18,001 nucleotides of DNA from Candidatus Bipolaricaulota bacterium (GCA_040752575.1 JBFMGK010000008.1:1-18001), one strand, 5' to 3'. Shown: positions 8,177-15,940, counted from the stretch's first letter. Translations and numbers: made by a program. Notes: generated by a model not told the origin, from the sequence alone.

Positions 8177-9640
8177 CTAGGTGTAGGTGAGGCGGCCTTC
8201 GACGCGGCTTGTCAAACGAGGGTGGCTTCCGAAGAACTCCCGCAGGACGTCCTGGATCGAGGTCGCGGCGACCTTCGAACCGCCTCGTGCCTCCAGCTCC
8301 TCGCGGGAAATCCCTAGGAACTCCTTCGCATTCCGCGTGTGGTACTCGGGGATCACGACGCTGTAGAGGCCGTCGTCGCGAACGGGCTCGCCCCGGACGT
8401 CGAGGGAAACCAGGCGGTGCTCTGCGTCGCGGTATACGGCCTTCATGCCGCGGTTGACCTGATAGCACTCGCCCTCGCCGGTGCGGTTCTCGGGCCGCAT
8501 GATGTGCGCGAAGACCCGCAACAGGTCCCGTCCTGCCACGACGAAGCGGAAAAGGGGCTCGTCGAACGGGAAGCAGGCGGCGAAGTCGCCCAGCGTGACG
8601 ACCGAACCCAGAACTGCGGATCGGATCGAACCACTTCCGACCAGCACAAGGTCCGCCCGCGTCATCTCGGCCAGTCCGTCGGCCACGAGGTTCCCAAGCG
8701 GGGTCTCCTCGACCCGAGTCGGGTGTCGCAGCGGTTCGGCAAAGGTGCACAGCGTCGCGGCGTACTTGCGATCGACGGCCGTCTTGTAGGCCTCGACGTA
8801 GGCTTGCAGCTCCCTGTCCGGCTCGGCAATCGCTTCATCGATGGGTACAAGCTTCCACGACCACTGGACCACCGAGTTTGTGTCGTCGTCGATCACGAGA
8901 TCGAAGCGGCCAATCTGATCGGTGCCGACTCCGGCCTGCGCAATGAGCACCCCGTTGACCTCAGCCGGCTGCTCGAGCACGGTGTGCGAGTGGCCTCCGA
9001 TGATGAGATCGACGCCCCACTCGGGCTTCAGAAGGCCTGCCAGTTCAAGGTCGGACTCAAACCCGATGTGGGTCAACAACACCGTGAGGTCAATGTCGTC
9101 ATTCTTGTACGCATTCGTGATGCGCCCCACTTCGGCGCTCGCCTCCTCGAGACTCAGGAAGCTCGCGACCTGCGCATCGCGCGACAGGTCCGCCAGGATC
9201 TTGTCGGTGATGATCCCGATGAACAGGACGTCGAGTCCGCCGGCCCGGCTGATGTGATAGGGCTTCATCAGACGACGGCGGTAGGCTCGAAGGTACAGAT
9301 TCGCGTTGACAATCGGGAAGCTCGCCACTTTCTCGAGAAACAACAGGTGGGGCAACCCGTAGTCGAACTCGTGATTGCCGAGCGAAACCACATCCGGGGC
9401 CAGGTAGTTCATGATCTCGATCGTCGAGATCCCTCGGTACTCGCTGTCGATGATCGATCCCTGGAGCATGTCGCCGCTGATCACGTAAAGGACGTTGTCG
9501 ACCTCGTCGCGCACACGACGCACGTAGCCGGAAAGCCGCGCCAGGCCGCCGATGAGCTTGCCTTCCTTTCCGCCGGCCTCGGAAAGGAAGTCCCCGTGCA
9601 TGTCGTTCGAATGAAGAAGCGTCAACGGCACGGGCTTCAT
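8177..9640 (-). CDS. Bifunctional metallophosphatase / 5'-nucleotidase, no signal peptide
   Basis: HSNDMHG, SGDMLQGS, LGNHEFDYG, THIG and GGHSH motifs; 5'-nucleotidase C-domain (ETPLGNLVAD, GSIR, FPF). Confidence 0.93.
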   Translation of the reverse strand: MKPVPLTLLHSNDMHGDFLSEAGGKEGKLIGGLARLSGYVRRVRDEVDNVLYVISGDMLQGSIIDSEYRGISTIEIMNYLAPDVVSLGNHEFDYGLPHLLFLEKVASFPIVNANLYLRAYRRRLMKPYHISRAGGLDVLFIGIITDKILADLSRDAQVASFLSLEEASAEVGRITNAYKNDDIDLTVLLTHIGFESDLELAGLLKPEWGVDLIIGGHSHTVLEQPAEVNGVLIAQAGVGTDQIGRFDLVIDDDTNSVVQWSWKLVPIDEAIAEPDRELQAYVEAYKTAVDRKYAATLCTFAEPLRHPTRVEETPLGNLVADGLAEMTRADLVLVGSGSIRSAVLGSVVTLGDFAACFPFDEPLFRFVVAGRDLLRVFAHIMRPENRTGEGECYQVNRGMKAVYRDAEHRLVSLDVRGEPVRDDGLYSVVIPEYHTRNAKEFLGISREELEARGGSKVAATSIQDVLREFFGSHPRLTSRVEGRLTYT

Positions 9641-10389
9641 GGAGAGTCTCCGCGGACGCCTTCGATGACCGCCTGGAGGACCTCCTCGGCTCGCTCTTCC
9701 TCACCGGGAGGGATGGGGATCGAGACAACGTAGCTCTGACGCGTGAAGAAGAACCTGCCGTAGACCACGGGTGCGGAATACTCGAAGTTCAACGTGGGCC
9801 TTCGGCCTCGCGAAACTCCGCCTCCCTCGACGCGAGCCCCCAGCAGCCGCCAGGTGTGCAGCATACCCAGCACGTAGGCGCCTTCTCGACTGACAAGCGC
9901 CAGCGGTTCGGCACGCCGACGCCGGGCCTCGCGATAGCGCGGCGCCGCAGTTGCGACGACCGCCAGAATCGCGACGACGCCGAGCATGGTGAAGAAGACC
10001 CACCGCCCCGCTTCCGGGTCGGCAATCCAGAACCCGCCACCGATGAGGACCGCGAAGAGGGCGATGATGAGCAGGAGACCCCAACTGGCTTTCCGCTCTT
10101 CGACGGCCTCTTCGGTCGCCTGTCGTTGTTGGCTCTCGGGCGCGTACGTCCAGCGCACAAGGAGGCCCTGTCCTGCCAGGAGCCGCGCCAGGATCCGGCT
10201 ACGGGCTGTGAACACGAGGGCCGCAATCAGCGCAACAATCCCGACAAATAGACAGCCAAAGGCGATCGCGAATCCGCCGTCCATCCCGTCCATGCCAAGC
10301 CAAAACGGAAGGAATCCCCCCAGGATGCTGAGGCCAAGGATCGACCACCATGCGAGAGCCACCCGTGCCTGTCGGTTACGGCGTGCCAT
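9637..10389 (-). CDS. Hypothetical membrane protein (about 4 TM segments)
   Basis: Start chosen at MARRNRQARVALAWW (ATG 10389, 7 nt after TACACT); four hydrophobic stretches; stop overlaps the nucleotidase start (ATGA). Confidence 0.75.
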   Translation of the reverse strand: MARRNRQARVALAWWSILGLSILGGFLPFWLGMDGMDGGFAIAFGCLFVGIVALIAALVFTARSRILARLLAGQGLLVRWTYAPESQQRQATEEAVEERKASWGLLLIIALFAVLIGGGFWIADPEAGRWVFFTMLGVVAILAVVATAAPRYREARRRRAEPLALVSREGAYVLGMLHTWRLLGARVEGGGVSRGRRPTLNFEYSAPVVYGRFFFTRQSYVVSIPIPPGEEERAEEVLQAVIEGVRGDSP

Positions 10390-10704
10390 GCACGCCAGTG
10401 TAGCGAAAGCCTGTGGGTCTGTCTTCTGCCAGCATGGCCGGCAGAGCGCACGATGGTCAGAGCTCTGCACCGGAGGATCGACGAACGCACCCCGAGCCAC
10501 GTCCGTCTCGGCGCCGTAGGGTGCGAGGCGATTGGCCAAGGGGCTGGCCGAACGCGGTGACGGCCCGAGCGTTCGCCGCCGCACCATGCGTCCCTTCTCT
10601 CAGGAATCCGGGGGCCAGCAGACGCGGGGCAGTTCAATGTCCAGCACGTGGCATCAAGGGACTCGGAGCGTTCGCGGCTCAATGGCCGATGCGCCACAAA
10701 TAGA

Positions 10705-10732
10705 GAGGCGGCAACCCGAAAGCTGCCGCCTC
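10705..10732 (-). terminator. Intrinsic terminator of the cold-shock gene
   Basis: Minus strand GAGGCGGCAGC-TTTCG-GGTTGCCGCCTC followed by TCTATTT, about 24 nt after the stop. Confidence 0.75.
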
Positions 10733-10755
10733 ATTCTTGAGTGTTCGAGGGATTG

Positions 10756-10968
10756 CTACGAGATGACGACGATGTCGTCTGCCTGGGGCCCCTTCTGTCC
10801 CTGACCGAGGGTGAACTCCACCTTCTGGCCCTCGCTGAGCGACTTGAAGCCCTCACCACGGATCGAGCTGTAGTGAGCAAAGACATCCGGACCTTGCTCT
10901 TGCTGGATGAAGCCGAAACCCTTCGTTTCGTTGAACCACTTCACCGTACCATTCTGACGATCTGCCAT
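10756..10968 (-). CDS. cspA: Cold-shock protein (CspA family)
   Basis: [15 protein letters not shown] (RNP1), DVFAHYS (RNP2), [27 protein letters not shown]. The symbol is family-level only. Confidence 0.96.
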   Translation of the reverse strand: MADRQNGTVKWFNETKGFGFIQQEQGPDVFAHYSSIRGEGFKSLSEGQKVEFTLGQGQKGPQADDIVVIS

Positions 10969-11082
10969 GTTCTTTCGCCTCCTGCGTGTTGGAGGTTTCG
11001 TACTGCGAGAGCGTTCTAGACGGGATCCACAGATGTCTTGTCCCCTGGGTAAAACGGCTGCAGAGCTACCAACAACATGTGG

Positions 11083-11111
11083 ATGGTACCCGTTCGCCCT
11101 CCCAGGCGCAA
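11083..11111 (-). promoter_or_regulatory. Putative csp promoter giving a ~105-110 nt 5' UTR
   Basis: Minus strand TTGCGC (11111-11106), 17 bp, TACCAT (11088-11083); long 5' UTRs are typical of csp genes. Confidence 0.45.
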
Positions 11112-11221
11112 AGTGACGCGCATAGCAGCCCGGAATCGCCGGAAACGGAATTCACAGGGAGTTCGCCAAGAAGGGCGTCACAAACTCCTGGGGATTGAAG
11201 AGCATCCAAACGTACAAGCGG

Positions 11222-11303
11222 GAGGGATTCATGACCCCGGCCGTCCACCTCTACGCCCGCTGGTGGACGGCTTGGCAGTTCGCGAGACGGTCAGGCGACC
11301 GCT
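11222..11303 (+). repeat. Structured dispersed repeat, copy A
   Basis: 76/82 identical, ungapped, to 17834-17915; hairpin GCCGTCCACC-12nt-GGTGGACGGC. Confidence 0.9.
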
Positions 11304-11442
11304 GAATTGGGCGCCGCGGCTTGTGGATCTGCCGGTCCGGACGACGGGCGGCCCCTTCACCCTTTCAGGGTCTCCCACACAAGCTGGCCCTTGGGCCGCT
11401 CGGGGGGGAGCGCCTCGCTGGCAGACGTGGGGGATCCAGGCC

Positions 11443-12681
11443 TCACTCGCTGAGGAGTTTGTACAGGCAGTCCTCGACCTCTGCATCTGACAGCACATCC
11501 AGCGATCCGACAGGCACATCGCACGACACGGTTGACCAGGGGACGTCCATGGCCGCGATGAAACCGTCTCGATCCAGAACGAAGAGCCCCTCGACACGAC
11601 GGTAGAGCTCGCCGACCGAGGAGTCCTGTGCGGCGAGGATGCTGCCGGGCTCCAACGGAAGCAAGCCCGTAGCCAGGGGACTAGCATTCGTTGCCACAAC
11701 CACCACCGCGACGCGATCGCCGTACGAGCCTCCCACTTCGCGAAGGAGGGGAAGCCGGGCCGGCTCCTGTCGAGATGACCCGCAGTCGACACAGCCATCG
11801 CTCTCCGGCCACCACGCCAGCAGGAGGACGACAGGACGGCCTCGCAGATCTGACAGCTTGACAGTCCTGCCGGCGACAGTTGTGACCTCGAAATCCGGCG
11901 CTCGTTCGCCCGCCGCGATCACTGGGCGCGGGGCCGCGGTTCCTTTCTCGTCGACAACCACGCGCCTGCCATCTGGAGAAACGGACTTCACCGCGTACAG
12001 AGTGGTCCCGACCTGGAACTCGCCACCGGGTCCGTACACGTCTGTCGATCCGGGCAGGATGTCGATCTCACCGTCGCCGTTCGTGTCAACGGCCACCAGC
12101 AGGCTCGCAGGATCGTCGTAGCGGGCGTCGTTTCGGAGCGTTCCAAGAGCAATGGGTACCAGTGTCCCGCCCAGATCCAAGAGCCCGCTCCGGTGGCAGA
12201 ACCCTCCGTACAGAAAGGTAAGTGCGGAGGAGCCGAGCTGCTTGTCCACGAGGAGGAACGTGCGATGCGGGACCTGGACGACCGTGGCGCCTGCGCGGTA
12301 TTCCACCTCGACGTCGACATACCATCCATACGTGTCTCTGGTAATCTGCGTCGAGGGCAGCTGCTCCGTCTCATCCGAGAGGTCCTCATCGTTGTCTTGA
12401 TCGATCCAGAGCCTTGGCGTGGGCTGTGTGGACAAGGCCACAGTGACCCCGGCGTCGGGACCATCTCCCAGCGCAAGAAGACCGAAGACCAGCGAGGGTA
12501 TGACAGGCAGACCCGTGATGCCTTCCTGCGGCGCGGGTGTGAGGCGCACCTCCGTCATGGGGACCGCGGAGACCATCATCGGCCACGGAACGAGTTCACT
12601 GAGAAGGCCGACGGAGTCAGCCGCGCAACTCGCGCCCGCCAGCGACAGAACCATGGCTATGCACGCTAGAGTTCCTCGCAT
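11443..12681 (-). CDS. Secreted redoxin (TlpA/AhpC-TSA-like) domain protein
   Basis: Signal peptide; DxDxD-type loops (DQDNDEDLSDE, DTNGDGEID); C-terminal GERAPDFEV...LSDLRGRPVVLLLAWW..GCVDC...LFVLDRDGFI. Confidence 0.8.
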   Translation of the reverse strand: MRGTLACIAMVLSLAGASCAADSVGLLSELVPWPMMVSAVPMTEVRLTPAPQEGITGLPVIPSLVFGLLALGDGPDAGVTVALSTQPTPRLWIDQDNDEDLSDETEQLPSTQITRDTYGWYVDVEVEYRAGATVVQVPHRTFLLVDKQLGSSALTFLYGGFCHRSGLLDLGGTLVPIALGTLRNDARYDDPASLLVAVDTNGDGEIDILPGSTDVYGPGGEFQVGTTLYAVKSVSPDGRRVVVDEKGTAAPRPVIAAGERAPDFEVTTVAGRTVKLSDLRGRPVVLLLAWWPESDGCVDCGSSRQEPARLPLLREVGGSYGDRVAVVVVATNASPLATGLLPLEPGSILAAQDSSVGELYRRVEGLFVLDRDGFIAAMDVPWSTVSCDVPVGSLDVLSDAEVEDCLYKLLSE

Positions 12682-13094
12682 AGGCAATCACCTTCGTTCC
12701 AGTAAGGGCCGGCCCAGATGGTCGGGACGTAGCAGCTGGCGTACGCTGTCACCCGCCCTGACCCCGAGGTGCTCTTGCTCTTGTAGCATGTCGCCGGCCC
12801 AAAGGGTGTGACAACCACGCAATCGGCGATTCCGGTGACGCGGAGAGGGAGACCCTGCATCTGATCGTCATAGCGCTCGAACGTTGACCTCGTCGCACAC
12901 AGGTAGGTATAGTTATTGTAGATGCAGTCCAGATTGCATTGAACACTGACACAGCCCGAGTCGCCGTAGAGGGGCACCACCCGCTCTCTCGTGACGAGTG
13001 CACCGTTCGCGAAGACCCCATCAGCGCACGCGGCAACGCCGCATACACTGAGGCAAGCGAGAACACACACCACTAGCCTTCCGCCCTGTCGCAT
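12666..13094 (-). CDS. Small secreted cysteine-rich hypothetical protein
   Basis: AGGAGG RBS, signal-like N-terminus, 13 Cys in 142 aa; stop overlaps the redoxin start. Confidence 0.72.
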   Translation of the reverse strand: MRQGGRLVVCVLACLSVCGVAACADGVFANGALVTRERVVPLYGDSGCVSVQCNLDCIYNNYTYLCATRSTFERYDDQMQGLPLRVTGIADCVVVTPFGPATCYKSKSTSGSGRVTAYASCYVPTIWAGPYWNEGDCLCEEL

Positions 13095-13141
13095 GCTCCG
13101 CCTCCTATCCTGGGTGCTATCTACACTACTGAGCTTTTCAG

Positions 13142-13170
13142 ATTGTACTCCTGCGTATTCCCACGGTCAA
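13142..13170 (-). promoter_or_regulatory. sigma70-type promoter of the Cys-rich/redoxin operon
   Basis: Minus strand TTGACC (13170-13165), 17 bp, TACAAT (13147-13142). Confidence 0.65.
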
Positions 13171-13431
13171 GAGCGCACCCGCGCGAGCTTCTGTCCCCAG
13201 GAAGAAGAGAAGGCCCGACCGGGCGCCCAAGAGCCAACCGGATGGCTGAGCACTCGGCGGCCGGTCGTGATCTGTGGCGCCTGGTTCATCGAACCCGCGA
13301 TGAACCGGCTGGTCGTGTCACCGCCGGTGCAGACGAACCCAGATCGCGACCATGGGTCAAGACGAAGCCGGCGTGGACAGCCGTCCCGCTTATCCCTTTA
13401 GGGCAGCGGGAATGGGGAACTTATATCCGGC

Positions 13432-13803
13432 CTAGCTCAAATTGGCCTTGCAGACCGGGCAGACGTAATGCCCCAGAAGCCTGCTCGCCAGGATCTTCTG
13501 TCCCTTCGTGTCGTAGCACGCCGTGCAGAATAGACCGTCTTCTCCCTCGAACTTGTAGCATCCGAACTTGACTTCAGACGGCTTCTCGCGCGTCCTAGAC
13601 TGAGTTTCCCTTAGGAGCCTATTCTCCTCGGAGAGAATTGCGATTCGTTCCTTGAACTCCGCAATAGCCATCTTCGCGTCGGCCAATTCGTTCGACAGGT
13701 CAGCGAGCAGGTTGCGCATCTCTGCCTGATCGGCCTTCTTGGCTATTTCTTTCAGCTTCGACACGAGCGCAATGGCGCTGTTCACTGAAGCGAGAATGTC
13801 CAT
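13432..13803 (-). CDS. Hypothetical coiled-coil protein with C-terminal Zn ribbon (IS passenger)
   Basis: MDILASVNSAIALVSKLKEIAKK helical heptads, then FCTAC...YVCPVC; own promoter upstream. Confidence 0.85.
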   Translation of the reverse strand: MDILASVNSAIALVSKLKEIAKKADQAEMRNLLADLSNELADAKMAIAEFKERIAILSEENRLLRETQSRTREKPSEVKFGCYKFEGEDGLFCTACYDTKGQKILASRLLGHYVCPVCKANLS

Positions 13804-13825
13804 GTGCCACCACCACCCGCCGAGC

Positions 13826-13854
13826 ATCATAGACACGCGCGCCCGCTGCTGCAA
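13826..13854 (-). promoter_or_regulatory. Promoter of the Zn-ribbon passenger gene
   Basis: Minus strand TTGCAG (13854-13849), 17 bp, TATGAT (13831-13826). Confidence 0.5.
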
Positions 13855-13932
13855 TCGCGGGAACATCGTGCGCCATATATCTGACCACGAACTGGTCAGA
13901 GCAAACGAGATTCGGTTCGAGTACAATGCCGC

Positions 13933-14006
13933 GCCCCCGTACCTCAACGGATAGAGGACACCTTTGGCGAAGTGTGAAGTTCAGAGTTCGAGTCTCTGCG
14001 GGGGTA
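13933..14006 (+). tRNA. Non-canonical tRNA: anticodon GGC with bulged stem, or 8-nt loop; Arg-like D-loop; no encoded CCA
   Basis: Acceptor GCCCCCG/CGGGGGT + A73; D arm CCTC-AACGGATA-GAGG; T arm CAGAG-TTCGAGT-CTCTG; anticodon arm CACCT-TTGGCGA-AG[T]GTG; TACAAT -10 box at 13922-13927. Confidence 0.85.
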
Positions 14007-14023
14007 CTTGCGTATTCTTGCCC

Positions 14024-14057
14024 TTGACAGCCAACACGTCAATGTCTACACTGTCAA
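14024..14057 (+). promoter_or_regulatory. Near-consensus sigma70 promoter overlapped by an inverted repeat
   Basis: TTGACA (14024-14029), 17 bp, TACACT (14047-14052); TTGACAG...CTGTCAA inverted repeat at 14024-14030 / 14051-14057. Confidence 0.7.
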
Positions 14058-14148
14058 CTGCCAAAGGTACTCTGTCCGGGTAGCGCTATGCGCCTTGGAC
14101 TCGGAAAGAGATGCTGACGAAGCCTCCGAGAGGGGGCTTCGTCGTTGT
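14058..14148 (+). ncRNA. Candidate ~90-nt small RNA (IS passenger)
   Basis: Lies between the promoter and a terminator-like hairpin and has no ORF; nested stems CTCT/AGAG, CCGGGT/ACTCGG, GCGC-TAT-GCGC. Confidence 0.5.
14116..14148 (+). terminator. GC-rich terminator-like hairpin, possibly bidirectional with the transposase
   Basis: GACGAAGCCTCC-GAGA-GGGGGCTTCGTC then GTTGT; the G-U pair forms only on the + strand. Confidence 0.6.
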
Positions 14149-14152
14149 ACTG

Positions 14153-15013
14153 CTAACAGCTTCCTAGAACAAAGCTGACTAGCGCCTCACGATCCTTGAG
14201 GTTTGACTGCCGGAAGGCGAACTCGTCCAGGTATTCCTGAAGGTACTTGGCCGAGAGATGGTGGTAGACGCCCATCAGGCCGCGCTTGAAGAGGCCCCAG
14301 AAGTTCTCGACGCGGTTGACGTGGACGCCACGGCGGGAGTACTGCGAGTGTCCGGCCCAGCCGTGATTCACGGTGTAGTGTGGCGCGATGTCTCCGAGGA
14401 ACTGGAGGCGGAGCGCGGCGTCCGTGTAGAACGACCTGACCTTGCCGAGGTTCGTAGTGCAGACACGAACAATCTCCGCCTTGGTCAGGCGTTCCAGAAC
14501 GAACATGCGAACGGTTCCAGACGTGCGCGAGACCATTCCCAGAACGTCCTTCGCGCAGTAGGGGATGTTCCCGGTCGCAGTGCCGCCATCGGCCTTGATA
14601 ACGCCCTCGTCGATCTCGACTTTCCCGGTTACGCGCACGCCGAGCATGTTCTTCTGGATTGCGAGGCGTATACGGCGGCTCAGGTACCAAGCGGTTTTGT
14701 ATGTGACGCCAAGCTCGCGCTGGATCTGCTTCGACGAGATCCCTTTCGGGGAGTGGCAGCCGAGCCAGACAGCCATTAGCCAGCGTGGTAGATCAATGTG
14801 CGTCTTGTGGAACACGGTTCCAGATGTGACAGAGAACTGATACCGGCACTCGCACTGCCACTGATGGCGAGATCCCATGTAGGTGACGGACTTCGATCCG
14901 CAGCGGGGACAAGTCACGCCGTTGGGCCAGCGCATCGAGGCCATGTACTCCTCGCAGGATTCTTGCGTAGAGAACTGCTTTCGCGCTTCGACCAGGCTTG
15001 TGATCTTGTCCAT
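14153..15013 (-). CDS. IS1595 family DDE transposase
   Basis: N-terminal Zn ribbon (RWPNGVTCPRC...WQCECRYQFSVTSGTVFHKT), HTH (GISSKQIQRELGVTYKTAW), VEIDE, YTD, HVNRVENFWGLFKRG, YLDEFAFR; GGGAGG RBS before ATG 15013. Confidence 0.96.
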   Translation of the reverse strand: MDKITSLVEARKQFSTQESCEEYMASMRWPNGVTCPRCGSKSVTYMGSRHQWQCECRYQFSVTSGTVFHKTHIDLPRWLMAVWLGCHSPKGISSKQIQRELGVTYKTAWYLSRRIRLAIQKNMLGVRVTGKVEIDEGVIKADGGTATGNIPYCAKDVLGMVSRTSGTVRMFVLERLTKAEIVRVCTTNLGKVRSFYTDAALRLQFLGDIAPHYTVNHGWAGHSQYSRRGVHVNRVENFWGLFKRGLMGVYHHLSAKYLQEYLDEFAFRQSNLKDREALVSFVLGSC

Positions 15014-15027
15014 GTCTTGACCTCCCG

Positions 15028-15098
15028 CGTTCATTATCCAATGAACGTATCGAGAGTCAAGCCCTTGGCGGCCCGGTTCATTGCTTGTAGAATGAACC
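15028..15098. promoter_or_regulatory. Divergent promoters (transposase / RHH), each overlapped by a GTTCATT...AATGAAC palindromic operator
   Basis: CGTTCATT-ATCC-AATGAACG (15028-15047) covers the -10 of minus-strand TTGACT-16-GATAAT. GGTTCATT-8nt-AATGAACC (15075-15098) covers the -10 of plus-strand TTGGCG-17-TAGAAT. Confidence 0.7.
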
Positions 15099-15099
15099 C

Positions 15100-15270
15100 A
15101 TGCCTAGGAAACCGATGTTCGAGAAGGACCCGCTGGTTCCGAAGCAGATCTCGCTTCAGTTCAGCATCAAAGAGGCCCTGAAAGCCGCCGCGCTGAAGTC
15201 GGGGAAGTCTGAGTCTGAGATCGTGCGGGATGCCCTAGCCGCCGAATTGAAGAAGTACGGAAAGGACTAG
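15100..15270 (+). CDS. CopG/ribbon-helix-helix DNA-binding protein, 56 aa, leaderless (below the ORF-track cutoff)
   Basis: MPRKPMFEKDPLVPKQISLQFSIKEALKAAALKSGKSESEIVRDALAAELKKYGKD*: beta strand, helix, then the GxSxSEIVRDAL helix typical of RHH; ATG 6 nt after TAGAAT. Confidence 0.85.
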   Translation: MPRKPMFEKDPLVPKQISLQFSIKEALKAAALKSGKSESEIVRDALAAELKKYGKD

Positions 15271-15281
15271 TCGAACCCGTC

Positions 15282-15917
15282 TCACGATCTCAGGGGCATC
15301 TTGCCAATCAGAGATCCAAGATCCACGGACGACCAACACGCTTTGCGCAACTCCATCCCGTCTGGTGGGAAACCGACGTGGATAACACGTTTGCCTTTCT
15401 CCTGGACGAATTCGACCGCAGGGATGTAGTCTGCATCGGCCGAAACAAGAACGGCCGTGTCATACGTGTCTTCCCAAGCGTGCTTCAGGAGGTCCGTGAC
15501 AAGCCCCGTGTCAATGCCTTTCTCTCCCATTCTTCGGATTGGTTCCTTGCAGTACGGGCACACGGAGATCTCTGCGTGGCAGACGGGGCATTTGGGAGGG
15601 CTCTTTGGCTTGCGTTCTTTCGTGACGACCTTCATCCCCGGCGCTCTGGACACCACATTCTCTAGCCACGACTTCAGATGCCCGTCTTTGGGGTTCCAGG
15701 CGTCATATGAAGCGTAGACGATTCCACCCACATACTTTCCTGGCGATTCCCCGGTTGCTGCGATTACCTCGTCCGCACGGTTAGCGATCCAAACCGGCAA
15801 CGCAATCCAATCCAGTTTCAGTTGCGCGCCAGCTCGCTCGTTGAGAGTCAGTTGGAAGTTCCAGTAGTCGAGAAAGACCCGAAGGCGCTGAGTCTGAGCT
15901 GCGGGGTTCTCTGACAC
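15282..15917 (-). CDS. NYN domain (LabA/DUF88, PIN-like) ribonuclease with inserted Zn ribbon (IS passenger)
   Basis: RVFLDYWNF, CPVC...CPYC, EKGIDTGLVTDL, AVLVSADADYIPAV, KGKRVIHVGF, ELRKAC; GGAGG RBS favours GTG 15917. Confidence 0.93.
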   Translation of the reverse strand: MSENPAAQTQRLRVFLDYWNFQLTLNERAGAQLKLDWIALPVWIANRADEVIAATGESPGKYVGGIVYASYDAWNPKDGHLKSWLENVVSRAPGMKVVTKERKPKSPPKCPVCHAEISVCPYCKEPIRRMGEKGIDTGLVTDLLKHAWEDTYDTAVLVSADADYIPAVEFVQEKGKRVIHVGFPPDGMELRKACWSSVDLGSLIGKMPLRS

Positions 15918-15940
15918 GCTCAACCTCCGACTAAGGAATT

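Noticed and set aside
11222..11303. Repeat as a group II intron 3' end (domains V/VI)
   Set aside because: It lacks the domain V (A/C)GC triad hairpin pattern, and no reverse transcriptase is nearby.
13226..13409. Integron attC site ending in TTTAGGGC
   Set aside because: R/L box spacing does not fit attC and there is no GTT core; the motif is explained as the IS left TIR next to its 8-bp duplication.
13933..14006. tRNA as the integration site (att) of the accessory region
   Set aside because: No duplicated tRNA 3' fragment and no integrase are seen in the window; the tRNA lies inside the IS ends.
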